A DNA stretch of 64,000 bases. Origin: Macrostomum lignano (taxonomy: Eukaryota). Where the stretch lies: the NCBI GenBank assembly GCA_002269645.1, contig NIVC01002623.1, forward strand, positions 91,404-155,403, read 5' to 3'. The notes beneath the pieces are model-generated. The model had not been told where the DNA came from, did not search any database, and saw only the letters and a program-made list of their open reading frames with translations. Below, piece after piece: positions 24,133 to 36,641 of this stretch. The first letter of the stretch is position 1. Each line of letters opens with the position of its first letter. Both the position numbers and the translations under genes were made by a program.

Positions 24133-27100
24133 TCAGAAAATCCCTGATCCCTTCTGCAGGCCGGCGCGGGCCGCCCCGCTAAACAGCAGCGGCTGGTCGA
24201 TGCCGGCGGACGCCGAGCGGACCAGCGCGCCTGGCGCCAGGCCGGGCCGAGCGCGCCGGCTCAGTCGGCGCCGACAACGGGAGGCGGCGAAGGCCAGCAG
24301 GCCGGCGGCGGCCAGCAGGGTGCAGGACAGCGCGAACAGGCGGAAAGCGCGGTCGATGGGCGCCGCCGCCGTCTGCTGGCGGTTGCGAATGGCGGACTCG
24401 AGCGACTCGGCAGACAGGCGGTCGGGCGGCAGCGGCACCCGGTCCTCGGGCAGCAGCGCCAGGCTGGCCGCGCGAAAGGCCGGCCGCTTCGAATCTCCGG
24501 CTGCCTCGGCGGCGACGCGGCGGCAAGGCGACGGCGTCGGGCAGGCCGGCAGCGGGCGGTGCCGCCGGCGGGGACTGGCGGCGTCGATCTGGTCGGGCGC
24601 GGACGGCAGCAGCACCCGGCTGTGCAACCGCAGGCGGCTGCCCTCCATGCGCATCGGCAGCGGCGAAGGCGGCACACCGGCAGACTTCCAAGTCTGGAAG
24701 CCGTCCGCGAAGGCGGGCAGGCGGGCGGCGGTGGCGAAGTGCAGCATGGCGGCCACCAGCCAGTAGCAGTCGGCCAGCTGGTGCGCCGAGTCGGCGCAGT
24801 TCGAGTCGCCGAGTACGGCAATCCGGCCAGTGCCGGGCCGCACCGGCTGCGAGCCGGCGTGGGCGAAACCGAGCACGGGGGCGCGGACCTCCAGGCGAGA
24901 CTTGGCGCCGCCGGCCTGGCCATTGCAATGGCGGGGGCCAAAATCTCACCCAATGAAACTACAGGATTCAAAATCTCACCCAAAAAAAACTACAGAATTC
25001 AAAATCTCACCCCAATAAAACTATAGGATTCAAAATCTCACCCCAATGAAACTACATGATTCAAAATCTCACCTTAATTAAACTACATGATTCAAAATCT
25101 CACCCCAATCAAACTAAAGGATTCAAAATCTCACCCCAATGAAACTACAGGATTCAAAATCTCACCCCAATGAAACTACAGGATTCAAAATCTCACCCCA
25201 ATGAAACTACAGGATTCAAAATCTCACCCCAAAAAAACTACAGGATTCAAAATCTCACCCCAATCAAACTAAAGGATTCAAAATCTCACCCCAATGAAAC
25301 TACAGGATTCAAAATCTCACCCCAAAAAAACTACAGGATTCAAAATCTCACCCCAATCAAACTAAAGGATTCAAAATCTCACCCCAATGAAACTACAGGA
25401 TTCAAAATCTCACCCCAATCAAACTACAGGATTCAAAATCTCACTCGAAACTAAGCTAAGCAGCCCCCTCTGCTTGGGAAAAGAACCTCAGACTGCATTC
25501 CCGCCGAACCCGCACCTGCATCAGCTGGTGGCCCTCGTCAGCCAGGGCGGCGGTCAGCACCCGGCCGTCGTCCGGGAACTTGGCGATGTCGCAGCCGGAC
25601 GAGAACGCCACCAGCCGGTCGCCGAGCCGGAATTCACCGTCCAGAACCCGGTCGCCAAGCGCCACGCCGAACTGGCCAAGGAGGTCGTTGAGCGCCGGCA
25701 CATTGGCGCCGCCGGTGTCGGGCACCCACCACTGCCGGGTGTTTTCGTCGAAGAACCGGACTCGGCGCATCACGCTGGTGTTGTACCAGTCGGCCAGCAC
25801 CAACACGGACAGGCCGGCGGCCACATCGCGGCCGAGCTTGGCCACCTCTTCGGGGAAGAATTCCTCTTCAGTGTCCACCAGGAGCAGGGCGCCGTAGTTT
25901 GACGCGTTGTAGCAGGTGAGCGGCCGGCCCGCCACCTGGGAGCGGTGGGAAAGGATCAGCAAATGATTCAGTGGTGGGATTACGACCGTGAAAGAGATTG
26001 AAAGACCGTCTTCACTGATTGAGATCCCATCCCTCACTGATTGAGATCCCATCCTCACTGACTGAGATCCCATCCTTATTGATTATGATCCCATTCTCAT
26101 TGATTGAGTGAGATCCTATTCCGACCGAATAAATCCCAATTATCACTTAATCTCGAATGAAATGGTATTTCAGGATCGTAATCCCACCACAGAATCGATT
26201 GCTGGGCCTTTTCCACCCCTCCCCAGGTGGCGGAAATCAGTGTGGGATGAGATCTCAATCAGTGAGAATGGGATCTCAATCAGTAAGGAATGGGATCTTA
26301 ATCAGTGAATATGGAATCTCATTTAGTGAGATTTGGGAGACTTGCCAGTCCCAACAGAGCTATCTCTCACCTCAACAAAGTAGCCGGCGGACCTGAGCCG
26401 GCCGTACAGGTCCCGAAAGTTGGTGTGCGGATGGTCGCCGTGCCAGTCGAGCGGGTCCAGCTTCACCCGCAGGTTATCCCTGGGGAAATAGCCGGACGGG
26501 TAGCGCAGGCTGTGGAACTGGTCCCACAGCAGGCGGCGGCTGCGGGGCGGCCTGGGCGCGATGCGGACCCGCACAGGCAGGCTGAGCTCCGTGCTGGTCT
26601 CCTCGCCGACCCCGGCGCCTACCGTCTCCACCGTGAAGTTCAACCAGCCTTCGGCAACGCCGTCAAAGTCGGCGCCAGCCTCGGCAACGCCGAGCTGCAG
26701 GGCCAGCCAGCCGGACCACGGCCACAGCAGCTCGGAGTGGGTCGCCGACACCGTCAGCAGGCGGCCGTTCTGACCGTCGATCCACAGCGGCTCGCCTCGG
26801 ATCCGGCCGGCCACCTGCGGGGATCAGGAATGGCTGAATGTACTTTACAGCAGCTGCAAGCTGCATAGACATGCATCTTCATACGGCGTTGATCAGTCTC
26901 ACTTTGTAATTTCCCTTGTGGCTTTTCCCGCTGCCTCAGTGGCTTCTCCCGCTGCCTCAGTCGCTTCTCCCGGTCAATCAGTAGCTTCTCCCGTTGCCTC
27001 AGTAGCTTCTCCCGGTCCATCAGTAGCTTCTCCCGCTGCCTCAGTAGCTTCTCCCGCTGCCTCAGTAGCTTCTCCCGTTGCCTCAGTAGCTTCTCCCGCT

Positions 27101-30100
27101 GCCTCAGTAGCTTCTCCCGGTCCATCAGTAGCTTCTCCCGCTGCCTCAGTAGCTTCTCCCGCTGCCTCAGTAGCTTCTCCCGTTGCCTCAGTAGCTTCTC
27201 CCGCTGCCTCAGTAGCTTCTCCCGCTGCCTCAGTAGCTTCTCCCGCTGCCTCAGTAGCTTCTCCCGCTGCCTCAGTAGCTTCTCCCGTTGCCTCAGTAGC
27301 TTCTCTCAGTCCATCAGTAGCTTCCCCCGTTGCCTCAGTCGCTTCTCCCGGTCCATCAGTAGCTTCTCCCGTTGCCTCAGTAGCTTCTCCCACTGCTTCA
27401 GTAGCTTCTCCCGGTCAATCAGTAGCTTCTCCCGTTGCCTCAGTAGCTTCTCTCAGTCCATCAGTAGCTTCTCCCGTTGCCTCAGTCGCTTCTCCCGGTC
27501 CATCAGTAGCTTCTCCCGTTGCCTCAGTAGCTTCTCCCGGTCAATCAGTAGCTTCTCCCGTTGCCTCAGTAGCTTCTTCCGTTGCCTCAGTAGCTTCTCC
27601 CGCTGCCTCAGTAGCTTCTCCCGTTGCCTCAGTAGCTTCTCCCGCTGCCTCAGTAGCTTCTCCCGCTGCCTCAGTAGCTTCTCCCGCTGCCTCAGTAGCT
27701 TCTCCCGGTCAATCAGTAGCTTCTCCCGTTGCCTCAGTAGCTTCTCTCAGTCCATCAGTAGCTTCCCCCGTTGCCTCAGTCGCTTCTCCCGGTCCATCAG
27801 TAGCTTCTCCCGTTGCCTCAGTAGCTTCTCCCACTGCTTCAGTAGCTTCTCCCGGTCAATCAGTAGCTTCTCCCGTTGCCTCAGTAGCTTCTCTCAGTCC
27901 ATCAGTAGCTTCTCCCGTTGCCTCAGTAGCTTCTCCCGGTCCATCAGTAGCTTCTCCCGTTGCCTCAGTAGCTTCTCCCGCTGCCTCAGTAGCTTCTCCC
28001 GCTGCCTCAGTAGCTTCTCCCGTTGCCTCAGTAGCTTCTCCCGCTGCCTCAGTAGCTTCTCCCGCTGCCTCAGTAGCTTCTCCCGCTGCCTCAGTAGCTT
28101 CTCCCGCTGCCTCAGTAGCTTCTCCCGTTGCCTCAGTAGCTTCTCTCAGTCCATCAGTAGCTTCCCCCGTTGCCTCAGTCGCTTCTCCCGGTCCATCAGT
28201 AGCTTCTCCCGCTGCCTCAGTAGCTTCTCCCGCTGCCTCAGTAGCTTCCCCCGCTCAGCACCTTATCTCACTACTCTCCACCTCAAACACCATACAACCC
28301 TACCTTCCCTACCACAAGCCAGTCAGAATTGACAAGCAGAACTCACCGACATGCCGTTAAGTATGGTGACATTGACAACCACAGGCAGGCCAGTAAAGTA
28401 CATCGGCTGGCTGCAGTACGGCCACATATAGGGACAGTCGGTGAAGTCAATGTAGCTGGGGGACAGGCTGGCCTGAGGCTTGTAGGCCCGCAGCAGCTGG
28501 TAGGCTCGCAGCAGGTCCAGCTTGCCGTGGCCCTGCTCAAACATGTTAGCGTCCGGGAGCCGCCTGGCCGAAGCCAGCAGCGCCTGCTTGATGGAAGCCG
28601 GGTTGATGACCGGCCCCCGGTGCAGCACGGCGCTGTACAGCAGGGCGACGGCTCCGGCAACCACCGGGCTGGCCACGGAGGTGCCGCTGAGGGCCCGGCA
28701 GGTCTCGCGCAGTCCGGAGCCGCGCATCCCCGCGCCGTAGGTGACAATGTCCGGCTTGAGCCGGCCGTAGCCATCCGGCAGCTCCCAGGTGGTCATGCCG
28801 CGTGAGCTGAATCTGGCGACCCGATCGTCGAAGTCGATGCCGCCGACTCCGACGACGTCCATCTGGTCGGCGGGGTTGTTCAGGGTGCCGTACAGAGGGC
28901 CGTCGTTGCCGATGGCGGACACCAGCACGACGCCGTTGCTGGTCAGCTCCCACACCTTGTCAACGAATGGCCGGTCGAGAAAGTCCGGCCCGCCGATGCT
29001 CAGGTTGATCACGTGGATTCGGCGAAGCATGGCGTAGTTGAAGGCGTCCAGGAACCAGGACGTGTACGACACCTGGGGAGGGTGGGGTTGATGTCGAGTC
29101 GGGAACCAAGTGGTAGACAACTGGGGGAGAGTCGGGAACCAAGTGGTGGACAACTGGGGGAGAGTCGGGAACCAAGTGGTGGACAACTGGGGGAGAGTCG
29201 GGAACCAGGTGGTGGACAATTGGGGGAGAGTCGGGAACACTCAGGTGGTGGACAACTGGGGAGAGTCGGGAACCAAGTGGTAGACAACTGGGGGAGAGTC
29301 GGGAACCAAGTGGTGGACAACTGGGGGAGAGTCGGGAACCAAGTGGTGGACAACTGGGGGAGAGTCGGGAACCAGGTGGTGGACAATTGGGGGAGAGTCG
29401 GGAACACTCAGGTGGTGGACAACTGGGGAGAGTTGGGAACCAGGTGGTGGACAACTGGGGGAGATTCGGGAACCAAGTGGTGGACAACTGGGGGAGAGTC
29501 GGGAACCAAGTGGTGGACAACTGGGGGAGAGTCGGGAACCAAGTGGTGGACAACTGGGGGAGAGTCGGGAACCAAGTGGTGGACAACTGGGGGAGAGTCG
29601 GGAACATTCAGGTGGTGGACAACAGTCAGAAACCAGTGAGGTTCAGCAGCCTCAGGAAACCAAAAAAGGGAAACGCTTCTTAGCGCACCTGCGCATTGGT
29701 GAAGACCCTGAAGATGTACAAATCGGCGTCGGGCGCGAAGCCCAGACAGTCGCGGTAGCTGGCGATGACGCCGGCCACGAATGTGCCGTGGCCGAGGCCG
29801 TCGTCCAGCGTCTTCTCGTTTGTCCAATTGCTGCGCTCCTTGACTCGGCCGCGTTTGAAGTGCCCGTGTCCGGCCGCCAGCCCGGTGTCGAAGACGGACA
29901 CCCGGACGCCGCGGCCGGAGAAGCCGACGCTCCACAGCACGTCGGCCTGCAGCGCCGAGGTGATTTGAGTGGGTGCCGGCCGGACCCCAGCGCCGAGGCC
30001 GCCGCTGACGATCGGCGCGTGGCTGAAGCTGCGCCGACTGTGCCAGCGCGGCAGTTCGACGTCCTCGTCGGCGGGGCCGAAGCCGTGCAGAGTCCGCGTG

Positions 30101-30465
30101 ACTCGCCGCTGCGGCGTCACGGAGCGAACGGCGTCGCTGGCCAGCAGGCGCCGGGTGGCCTCGGCGGTGAGCGCCGGCGTACAGTTGAAGGCCAGGCGGA
30201 GCAGGTCAAAGTCGCTGGGGTGCTGGGCGGCAGGATTGTCACGTCGGACGGCGCGCCAGGCGCAGGGCAGACCGGCCAGGGCGCCGGAGAGCAGGCAGGC
30301 GCGGGCCTCGTTGCCATGGTAACCGGCGTAGCGGACTATGTACTCGCGCGGCACGGTTTCGGTGGAGAATTCGTAGCGCAGCTCAGAGTCGGTCTGGTTG
30401 CCGCCGCACGCGTAGATCCCTGTTGCCATGGCAACGCACAGCAGGGAGCACAGCGTGAGACGCAT
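24133..30465 (-). CDS. MBTPS1: Membrane-bound transcription factor site-1 protease (S1P / SKI-1), about 1049 aa. Exons 30465..29689, 29072..28347, 26814..26371, 25935..25516, 24915..24133
   Basis: Signal peptide; subtilase triad SVFDTG (Asp), GHGTFVAG (His), SGTSVASP (Ser); S1P-specific [68 protein letters not shown]; C-terminal TM helix. Five phase-0 GT-AG joins give 3150 nt. Confidence 0.97.
24938..25445. repeat. Intronic minisatellite, 31 bp unit (CAGGATTCAAAATCTCACCCCAATGAAACTA)
   Basis: Fills MBTPS1 intron 4. Confidence 0.93.
26005..26335. repeat. Degenerate intronic repeat (GATTGAGATCCCATC motif and its reverse complement)
   Basis: TGAGATCCCAT copies at about 26020-26100 and inverted ATGGGATCT copies at about 26240-26300 in MBTPS1 intron 3. 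Confidence 0.6.
26925..28255. repeat. Intronic minisatellite, 21 bp unit (GCTTCTCCCGCTGCCTCAGTA)
   Basis: Fills MBTPS1 intron 2; produces the spurious 480 aa SVASP ORF. Confidence 0.95.
29095..29620. repeat. Intronic minisatellite, 33 bp unit (GAGAGTCGGGAACCAAGTGGTGGACAACTGGGG)
   Basis: Fills MBTPS1 intron 1. Confidence 0.95.
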
Positions 30466-31094
30466 GCCGCCCAGTCTCTAGGGGCGAGCGCGCAGGGAAA
30501 CTGAAAGAAAGCGCGTCATGACTCGTGCAACAAAAAATTTCTTTAGTAGCTACCCTAGCAATAGCAACCAACGAAATTTCTAGCTCAAAAAGGTAACTAT
30601 TTGTAACAGGGAGGCCTATGTCTAGTTAAAAAAACAAATAATAAGAACATCAACAGTAGGAAACGATACAGAACGCACAGAAACATTGTATATTTAATTG
30701 ATGAAAAATGCTTCGATATAAACGCTGTTTTCAACGACAACCGCGGTTCCTAGGCAGGCATAGAAATCGTCCGAGCAACGGCAACACAGGTAAAGTAGGA
30801 AAGAATTGACTCTGGACAACTCTAAAATAACGAGAAGTGACGGTACAAGTCGCCAAAGAGCTATTTAAGAGTCAATTTGAGGCGTTTTATTGTCTGCGAC
30901 TGAGTCACAAGAGTCGCCCCTTGAATCACTAATGAGTTCTTTGCAATTACTCTAGCGATTCCTGTCACGGTAACGTTTTCAATGGGTTTACTAGTAAGCA
31001 ACTTTTCATATAGTAGTACGAGTACATTACAGAATATTAACAAAACAGACAACAAAAACGCAAACAACTATTGTACCAAATAAAAATAATACAA

Positions 31095-31780
31095 CCAGAT
31101 ACTAAAGAGTGCACAGCCTGCACATCCGTTACTCAACACCAGATACTAGAGTGCACAGCTTGCACATCCGTTACTCAACACCAGATACTAGTGTGCACAG
31201 ACTGCACATCCGTTACTCAACACCAGATACTAGTGTGCACAGACTGCACATCCGTTACTCAACACCAGATACTAGTGTGCACAGCCTGCCCATCCGTTAC
31301 TCAACACCAGATACTAGTGTGCACAGCCTGCCCATCCGTTACTCAACACCAGATACTAGTGTGCACAGCCTGCCCATCCGTTACTCAACACCAGATACTA
31401 GTGTGCACAGCCTGCCCATCCGTTACTCAACACCAGATACTAGTGTGCACAGCCTGCCCATCCGTTACTCAACACCAGATACTAGTGCGCACAGCCTGCC
31501 CATCCGTTACTCAACACCAGATACTAGTGTGCACAGCTTGCACATCCGTTACTCAACACCAGATACTAGTGTGCACAGCTTGCACATCCGTTACTCAACA
31601 CCAGATACTAGTGTGCACAGCCTGCCCATCCGTTACTCAACACCAGATACTAGTGCGCACAGCCTGCCCATCCGTTACTCAACACCAGATACTAGTGTGC
31701 ACAGCTTGCACATCCGTTACTCAACACCAGATACTAGTGTGCACAGCCTGCCCATCCGTTACTCAACACCAGATACTGAG
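31095..31780. repeat. Minisatellite, 42 bp unit (GTGCACAGCCTGCCCATCCGTTACTCAACACCAGATACTAGT)
   Basis: Tandem units (14 aa repeat pseudo-ORFs). Confidence 0.95.
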
Positions 31781-32105
31781 ATAATGAAACACGTCAAAAA
31801 TTACATTTGAAGGCTCAGTTTTGGTTTTGAAATGCATTAGCAACACAAGATCGTCAATAAGATTTTGACAGAGATTTATGCAGTTTAAAGCCTATTATTT
31901 CTACTGTTAGTAGTGTATTGAATTTTTATTAGTTGCAATTATTTACCGTATTTTCCCTATTTCTACTCAGCAGTAGTACAGAAAATAAATATAAATTTAA
32001 ATTAATTTTCTGCTGCTTTTACTGTAAGTAGTGTCAAGAAAATGCTATGCATTGTAAAATGTGTATTCATCTATCTTAAATGACCGAGCATACAGTTTAT
32101 TTTTA

Positions 32106-33032
32106 TACAAGCTGTTGAAACCCGCGGATTTTGAACCCGGGGAATTCCAATCCCCGGAACTACTTTTGCATGTATTCTGAAATCTAAGGCCATACACAAA
32201 CAAATTAATGTTAGTAGGATAGAGGTAGACATAAAATGGAGCACATTCGTGTAAAATTAGGGTTTGAGGCAAACATTGATATTGTTGGCTGGGGTACTCC
32301 GAAGAATGTCAGGCAATGTCTGTTTGACTCTAAAACATGTATTGGCAAACTCTGGCCTCTCCCTGACTCTCCCTACGTCCCTTAGATCCTTTAAAATTTC
32401 TATCGTCTCTTCTGTTTCCTCTCTTCTCTCTCGTCCCTCGTCTTTTCTCTCTCCTCTCTCTTCTCTCCTCTCTTCTCTCGTATCTTCCCTCATCTCTCTT
32501 CTCTTTCATCTCTCTTATCTCATCTCTTGTCTCTTCTCTCTACTCTTTCCTCTCTCTCTCTCTCCTCTCTACTTTTCGTCTTCTCTCTCCTCTCCTCTCT
32601 CCTCTCTACTCTTTCGTTTTCTCTCTCCTCTCTTCTCTCCTATCTTCTTTCGTATCTTCCCTCATCTCTCTTCTCTTTCATATCTGTTATCTCATCTCTT
32701 CCCTCTTCTTTTCTCTCTCCTCTCCTCTCTCCTCTCTCCCCCTCTTCTCTCGTCTCTTCCTTCTCCTCTCTATTCTTTTCTCTCTTCTCTTAACTCTCTT
32801 CTCTACTCTCTCATCTCTCCTCTCTACTCTTTCCTCTCTCTCTCCTCTCTCCCCTCTTCTCTCGTCTCTTCTCTCACCTCTTTCCTCTCATCTCTTTTCT
32901 TGTTTTATCTCTTCTCTCTCCCCTCGTCACTCGTCTCTTCCCTCACCTCTCTTCTCTCTTGTCTGCATTTTTATCTCTCCTTTCTCTTCTTTTATTTTTT
33001 CTCTCTTATCTCTTCGCGTTTCTCTCTGCTCT

Positions 33033-33107
<75 letters not shown>

Positions 33108-35001
33108 TCTCCTCTCCCATCTCTCTTCTCCTCTCTACTCTCTCCCCTCTTCATTCTCCTATTTCCTCTCCTCTCTCCTCTAGTCTCTGTAATCTCTTCT
33201 CTCTTCTCTCTCCTCTGTTCTCTCTACTCTCCCATCTCTCGTCTGTTCACCCTCATCTCTGCTCTCTCATCTGTCATCTTTACTCTCTTATACGTTCTCT
33301 CACTTATCTCCTCTGTACTCTTCTCTTTCACCTCTTCTGACTCCTCTCTTTCCTTACTCCTCTCTTCTTTTCTCTTCCCTCTTCTATACTCTCTTATCTC
33401 TATCTCTTCTCTTCTCACTCCTCTCTCCCCCTCTTATCTCCTCTCTTCTCTATCCTTTCTACTCTCTCCTCTCCTCTTGACCCTCTGTCATCTTCTTTCT
33501 GCTCTCTCATCTCTACTCTCTTCTCACTCTTCTTTACTCTCCTCTCATCGATCCTCTGTCTCATCTCTCCCCTCTTCTCACCTTTACTCTTTCCTCTCCC
33601 TCCTTTCTCCCCTCCTCTCGCTTCTTCCTCCCTTCTTCTCTGCTCTCTCCTCACCACTTGTCTCTCCTCTTATCTTCCATGTTTTCTCTTACCCCCCTCT
33701 CGCCTCTCCTCTCTTCTAATCTCTTCTTCTTCTATCTCGTCTACCGGTATTCCTTCTCCTTTCCACTCTCATCTGGCCCGCACATAAGCTGGATTCTTTA
33801 TCTGGCTTTTGAAGTAAAAGTCTGCCGATCCCTGCTTCGAAAGCCAGTTTGTGGGACGTACTACTCTCATCGTTATTCTCATGCTTTGATCACGTCATCT
33901 TTCTTGCCAATTTGCAGCCCTGAAAGGAATTTGTGTATCTTCAGCTCCACTGCAGTCTGCATCAGTCTAACAACCAAGGAAATACGCATTTCTTAGGCCA
34001 TTTAAATTTCAAAGTACTTTTAAGAGAAACTTAAAATTTCCATGGTGTGCCTAATTTAGTAGGGTTGTATTTCATTGCATCGCATCGCCTTTTCATAAAT
34101 ATTTCGCTTTTACAAACCATGCTTGATTGCCTCGATTTGCCAATTGCCATCCACTGTTAAACTGCTGCAGAGTTTGCCTATACAGAGGGGAGGGCAGTGG
34201 TTAGAATTTCTCACTAAACTGTTATGGCTAAACGTAGCCTCTCCACTCTCGGGGTGCGAGATTGCAAGAAGGCTATAAATAAAGTTATTCCAAAACACTG
34301 TACATTTGCTATGTACATTCAGTCCTATCGCCTGACCCTTCGTCTGGCTCTGGGGGAATGAGTGAGTGAGTGGCACAAACAACAGAAAAAGCAGACAAAC
34401 TTCACATGCTTACAGTTTCTTTTTCGGTTGAGTTACAGAGTTGAAACTTTACATTTAGATAGAGAATGAGTCAATGAAGAATTGTGTCAAGTTTAAAGTC
34501 AATCGCTTTACGTGGAGCAAACTTATGGCAGCTGAAAGTTAGTCAATTTTGAAACCCTTTTACACATCTGGGCCCAGATCGGAAAAGAGAGGCAGGCGGG
34601 CGGAGGTTGGGGTGGTTGCTACGCTGAAAAAACAGCCTAACTTTAAAAGTGCACAGCGGCTTTCAGGATTAACTTTGAGATTTGAAATTTTACACGATTG
34701 TGTCAAAATAGTTGAAAATTGCCTGTGTCAAATTTGAAGAGAATCGGTAGAAGTGGAGCGGCGCTATGGAGGATTTAGTGAAAAAATCGCGCATTTTGAG
34801 CAGTTTTTTTTACTTTTAGGTAGGAAGACTTGAGTCTAGGAAATTAAAAGGTAGCCTAAGACATTCTCCGTAGTAAGTTTAGGGTGGGTGTAAAGTTTGG
34901 TGTCATTTGGTTGAGCGGTTTCGGAGTCCATAGCGATCAAAATTGTCCACACACAGACAGACAGACAGACAGACAGAGTTTTGATTTTTATATGTAGAGA
35001 T
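32106..35001 (+). mobile_element. Non-autonomous Helentron/HINE (DINE-1-like) element, copy 1, with CT-rich interior
   Basis: Starts TACAAGCTGTTGAAACCCGCGGATTT; ends (ACAG)n GAGTTTTGATTTTTATATGTAGAGAT; collinear homolog at 39243-43373. The class assignment rests on resemblance of these termini to DINE-1/HINE ends. Confidence 0.6.
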
Positions 35002-35573
35002 TTGTACTTCGTTGCGGTCTAACCTAACTCTGACATCTCTGCCACATGCGGCCCGCGAAGTCTCTCTATCCGGTCCTTGGTTCCTTTGAAACTACACAAT
35101 AGCAACCCCGCCCGCTTCAGGTCTCTTCTCAGCTCTCTTACCTGCTTTCTTCCCTATTCTCATTTCTTCTCTCCTTTTATCTCATATCCTGTCAGCCTTT
35201 GTTTCTCCTTTCTCTTCTTTCCTCTTCTACCTCCTTTATTCCCTTTCTTCTCTCTGGCTCTCAGTCATTAGTTAGGTCTATGAGGTTATCTGGCTCATGA
35301 GGTAAAAAGTTTTCCGACCCCCGGATCTATGGATATAGCAATAGAACAAATCTGTTTAAAGAACATGAAGTACTTTATAACATTAATTTGCAGGCATCCC
35401 TACTAGCAGTCAGACACAAACCTGTCATTCCATCAATTGCGTTATATACAATGCTAATTTATATGGATAAGTACCATTATATATGTGACTACGTCCCTAC
35501 ATTACTAGTCTTTATAGTAGGCCCTTTGGCTATACACAAGACTTGATTGCGCTACAACTATGAGGATATTTTA

Positions 35574-36395
35574 CTTCGGGTGTGTCATAAGTGATGTCAC
35601 TGCAGGCCTCTGTCTAAAATATGTAGGCACATGGACTTGTGGGTTAGTGTAGCTGCAAAGTATACTTAGTGAAGCAATAGCAGTGCATTTGAGACGTGCA
35701 TAGGTTGTTTATGGCCCAAGCTATCGCAAGAATACGCCAAGCAGATTTAGCAAGTGCAACGCGATGAAAACTCGTCTATGCAGCGAACAAAAATAACCAT
35801 GAATCTCGACAAGACGCCTGCACCTAGCAGATCCGCAAGGTGTTCAGCAGCCGGGGCTTGAATGACATCCTAAACTGCCTGGTTGCTGAGGATGAAAGCT
35901 GGCTCCACCTGGATGGCAAGGGCAGCAAGGCAGACAACCGCTGCTGGCTGGGAGCTGGGGTCTGCTGCCGACCGTGACCACGAGGTCCGTCTCGGACAAG
36001 AAGACCATGCTGCTGGTGGCCTTTACGCCAAACAAAGATGTCTCATCGAGGGTCAAACGTCACCTGCTACCTGCACGGCGAGTGAATCTGCTCTGACAGA
36101 GTCCCTACAGCCCGGACCTCAACTTGTGCGACAGATTTCTGTTCAAATGGCTGAAGGCTGACTTTTCCAAGAAGAGTTTCGCAAATCATGAAGAGGTCAA
36201 ACAGGCCGCGTTGCACTGGTTATGGCTGTTGGATTAAAAACACCTGCAGGCTGAGGTGGACAAGCTGTATGAGCACTGCCAGAGAGTGATTGATATTGGG
36301 GGACTCTATATTGTTGAGTGGCACAGTTTTGTTCATCTGCGATTGCAAGTTCGTCTGTTTTCACATCAGTGACATAACTTTTGACACACCCGAAG
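35574..36395 (+). mobile_element. Internally deleted Tc1/mariner transposon
   Basis: 29 bp TIRs (35574-35602 and 36367-36395, 27/29 match), TA on both sides; transposase remnants LVAEDESW (first Asp), KKTMLLVAF, SPYSPDLNLCD (third Asp), KLYEHCQRVIDIGGLYI; the second-Asp region is missing and stops are present. Confidence 0.9.
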
Positions 36396-36641
36396 TATTA
36401 CTGCAGAGAAGAGCCAAGGCAAATCTGGACAGCCATTCCGGCTCAAACGGAAGACCCCACCGGACATGCTTTTGGAACCGAGACTAAATGTTAGCCTGCA
36501 CTGCCTAGTGCGCTAATTTCGATTCAAGTAGAACCGAATCACCAGGCAGTGCATGCAAATGAAAAGTCGGCACACCTGGGCCGCGTCATCGAGTCCTTCG
36601 ATAATACAGTTCTGGCTAAGGTCTTTTAAATTCGTACTCAC

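Noticed and set aside
26918-28360. 480 aa SVASP mucin-like ORF
   Set aside because: Antisense translation of the 21 bp array inside MBTPS1 intron 2.
31071-31810. Cys-rich VCTACPSVTQHQIL repeat protein
   Set aside because: 42 bp minisatellite with two frames open equally and no non-repeat domain or splice support.
32264-33719. Leu/Ser-rich membrane-like ORFs (also 39410-42186)
   Set aside because: Artefact of CT-only low-complexity DNA, which cannot encode stops on the plus strand.
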